A stretch of 32,000 bases of DNA from Halorhodospira halophila SL1 (GTDB lineage Bacteria > Pseudomonadota > Gammaproteobacteria > Nitrococcales > Halorhodospiraceae): contig NC_008789.1 in NCBI RefSeq assembly GCF_000015585.1, positions 1,830,001 to 1,862,000 of the forward strand. Direction: 5' to 3'. Positions 29,981-32,000 of this stretch are shown here, in pieces (position 1 is the first letter of the stretch; the number at the start of each line of letters is the position of its first letter). The notes under the pieces were generated by a model. That model had not been told where the DNA came from and searched no databases. It saw nothing but the letters and a program-made list of their open reading frames with translations. The position numbers and the translations under genes are program-made.

Positions 29981-31957
29981 CTAACCGCAAAGGCGCGGCG
30001 TGACCTGCGCCGCCGGCTCTGGGCGGGCGAAGTAGAACCCCTGCCCCAGCGGGCACCCCTCCCGGAGCAGGACCTCCTGCTGCTCCCGGGTCTCGATCCC
30101 TTCTGCGAGCACCGAGTACCCCAGGCTAAGGCCGAGGTCGATGATCGCCCGGTTGATCTTGATCTGGGTCTGATCCGAAGGCAGGCCCTGCACGAAGGAG
30201 CGATCGATCTTGAGCTGGTCGACGGGCAGGCCGCGCAGATAGCTCAGCGACGAGTACCCCGTGCCGAAGTCATCCAGCGCAATCTGCACTCCGCGGGCGC
30301 GCAAGGCCTCGAGCTGCGCCACCACGTGGCGATCCTGCTCCATGAGGACGCTCTCGGTGATCTCCAGGGCGAGCACCTCGGGCGGGACACCAGCCTGCGC
30401 CAGGGCGTAGTCGACATCCTGGACCAAGCCCCCGGCGATCAACTGTGGCGCAGAAACGTTCACCCCGACACGGCCGAACGCCAATCCGGCATCCCGCCAG
30501 ATCCTGGCCTGCTCACAGGCCCGTCGCAGGACCCAGCGACCCAGCTCGCCGATGAGTCCCACACGCTCGGCCACCGGAACGAACTGGGCCGGCGAGACCC
30601 AGCCCCGCTCCGGGTGCGCCCAGCGCAACAAGGCCTCCGCCCCGATCCAGCGTCCGCTGGCCAGCTCCGTCTGCAACTGGAAGTGCAGCTCCAGGGCATC
30701 CTCGTCGATCGCCTGCCGCAGCTGCGAACCCAGCTCCAGCCGTTCGCGCGCATCGGCGGTCAGTTCTTCGCTGAAGAAGCGCAGACTGACCCCCTCCTGA
30801 CGCGCCTGGTACATGGCGGTATCGGCCTGCTGCACAAGCTGTGCGGCGGATCCGGCCGGCTCGGGATAGCTGCTGACACCGACGCGCAAATGGATGCGCA
30901 CCTCATGCCCCTGGACCCGAAAGGGGGCCTCGGTTACCTCGAGGAATCGTCTTGCCACCTCTGCGGCGTCGCCGAGGCTCCGCAGGCGAGGCAGCACCAC
31001 GGCGAACTCGTCGCCGCCGAGCCGCGAAACCTGGGCCGCAGCGCTGAGTTCGGCGGGCACACGGACGTGACTCAGCCGCTGCCCCAGCTGCTTGAGCACG
31101 GCATCACCGGCTACGTGGCCGAAGCTGTCGTTGATGGTGCGGAAGTCATTCACATCGATGACCACCAGCGCCACCGGCGCCCACGGCGGCAAGGCGTCCA
31201 GCGTGCGGGCCAGGCGATCCTGGAAGAGCAGCCGGAGCGACTCGCGGTTGGTGACGTCGTGGAGGTTGATCACCCAGGCATTCAAGCCTTCCCAGTCGAT
31301 GGGCTGGGCGCCCATCTCCACGGTACGCACCCCGATGCCGGGGGCAAACAGCTCAACCTGCTGCGGTACTTCACGGGGGATGGCCTGACCGAACCAAGCA
31401 CCGACCAGCTCTTGCGGCTCCTGCCCAAGAAACGTCCCGGCCGCGGCGTTCGCATAGAGGATACGGCCGTCACCGTCAACGATGACGATCCCTTCGGCCG
31501 TCTTGGCCAGCAGCTGGTGGTACTGCCAGTCGCGCTCGCGCAGCGCTTTGCGGACCTCTTCCCGCTCGGTGACGTCTTCGAGGATGTGCAAGGAACAGGA
31601 GTAACGACCCGCCTCATCCACCACCGGATAGGCCCGCGACTGCAGAATGTCGCTGCCATCCACAATCCGATCACAGCGCGCCTGCTGCGGAACATCGCCC
31701 TCCGCGAATCCAGCGGCCTGGGCCTGCATGCTCGCCTCGCATCCGGGCAGCGGCCCCTCCCGTATCGGGAAGACCTCCCAGTAGTAGTGCCCCAGGGCTT
31801 GATTGGCCCGGCAACGGGCCCGCTCGAGGTAGGCCGTGTTGGCCCCGATGATGCGGTAATCGCGATCGTGAACGAAGGCTGCATCGGCAATCGCTTCGAT
31901 GGGGATCGGCCAGCCCTTCGCTCCCTGCTCCGCGTTATCGTGCTCCATCAGATCCAC
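29981..31957 (-). CDS. PAS-PAS-GGDEF-EAL cyclic-di-GMP signalling protein (N-terminus may lie beyond the window)
   Basis: Two PAS-like segments are followed by an intact GGDEF (SRLGGDEFAVVL) and an intact EAL domain (GAEALLRW, EITES, DDFGTGYSSLSYL, KIDRSF, EGIET). The track start at 31957 is a GTG. The reading frame stays open upstream to nt 32000, so the true start may be outside the window. An ATG at 31948 is also possible. Confidence 0.85.
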   Translation of the reverse strand: MDLMEHDNAEQGAKGWPIPIEAIADAAFVHDRDYRIIGANTAYLERARCRANQALGHYYWEVFPIREGPLPGCEASMQAQAAGFAEGDVPQQARCDRIVDGSDILQSRAYPVVDEAGRYSCSLHILEDVTEREEVRKALRERDWQYHQLLAKTAEGIVIVDGDGRILYANAAAGTFLGQEPQELVGAWFGQAIPREVPQQVELFAPGIGVRTVEMGAQPIDWEGLNAWVINLHDVTNRESLRLLFQDRLARTLDALPPWAPVALVVIDVNDFRTINDSFGHVAGDAVLKQLGQRLSHVRVPAELSAAAQVSRLGGDEFAVVLPRLRSLGDAAEVARRFLEVTEAPFRVQGHEVRIHLRVGVSSYPEPAGSAAQLVQQADTAMYQARQEGVSLRFFSEELTADARERLELGSQLRQAIDEDALELHFQLQTELASGRWIGAEALLRWAHPERGWVSPAQFVPVAERVGLIGELGRWVLRRACEQARIWRDAGLAFGRVGVNVSAPQLIAGGLVQDVDYALAQAGVPPEVLALEITESVLMEQDRHVVAQLEALRARGVQIALDDFGTGYSSLSYLRGLPVDQLKIDRSFVQGLPSDQTQIKINRAIIDLGLSLGYSVLAEGIETREQQEVLLREGCPLGQGFYFARPEPAAQVTPRLCG

Positions 31958-32000
31958 CGCTGCCTTGCCGTTGAGCGGCCCGGCGGCGCCCAGGCGCTGG

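Overview
This is a high-GC core-chromosome segment from a halophilic gammaproteobacterium. The GSMT/SDMT glycine-betaine methyltransferase pair and overall gene content suggest Halorhodospira/Ectothiorhodospiraceae; that assignment is inference. I support 29 protein-coding genes, packed tightly with many 4-nt start/stop overlaps, and 25 of them lie on the minus strand. In window order they are: SDMT and GSMT (betaine synthesis); a DnaE-like ORF; tadA, guaA and guaB; divergently xseA, an M23 peptidase and a thiolase; a yqjG-like GST; two tandem acidic Gln/Glu/Met-rich secreted paralogues; a divergent Prx5-Grx hybrid peroxidase; an OM beta-barrel; ycgB(spoVR)-yeaH-yeaG(prkA); a cysteine-synthase-family enzyme; secF, secD and two tandem yajC copies; tgt; a beta-carbonic anhydrase; a YiiM-like MOSC protein; a YprB-like exonuclease; an Lgt-N-domain::TlpA thioredoxin fusion; chaC; and a PAS-GGDEF-EAL protein. 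I saw no rRNA, tRNA, CRISPR array, transposase, integrase or recognisable defence island, so the window looks housekeeping rather than accessory. The most unusual item is a 590-aa ORF (1992..3764, minus strand). By eye it aligns in a single frame with the palm-to-fingers portion of DNA polymerase III alpha, but it lacks the PHP and OB/tau-binding domains, has a collapsed thumb, and has substituted the catalytic DFDVD motif. It is therefore a candidate DnaE-derived pseudo-enzyme. Secondary observations: the tandem, internally duplicated Met-rich acidic periplasmic proteins next to the peroxidase; the duplicated yajC; a translationally coupled chaC / Lgt-like-TlpA / exonuclease / MOSC block; and a 347-nt untranslated leader ahead of the betaine operon. 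All homology statements rest on by-eye motif matching against remembered family sequences. No searches were run.
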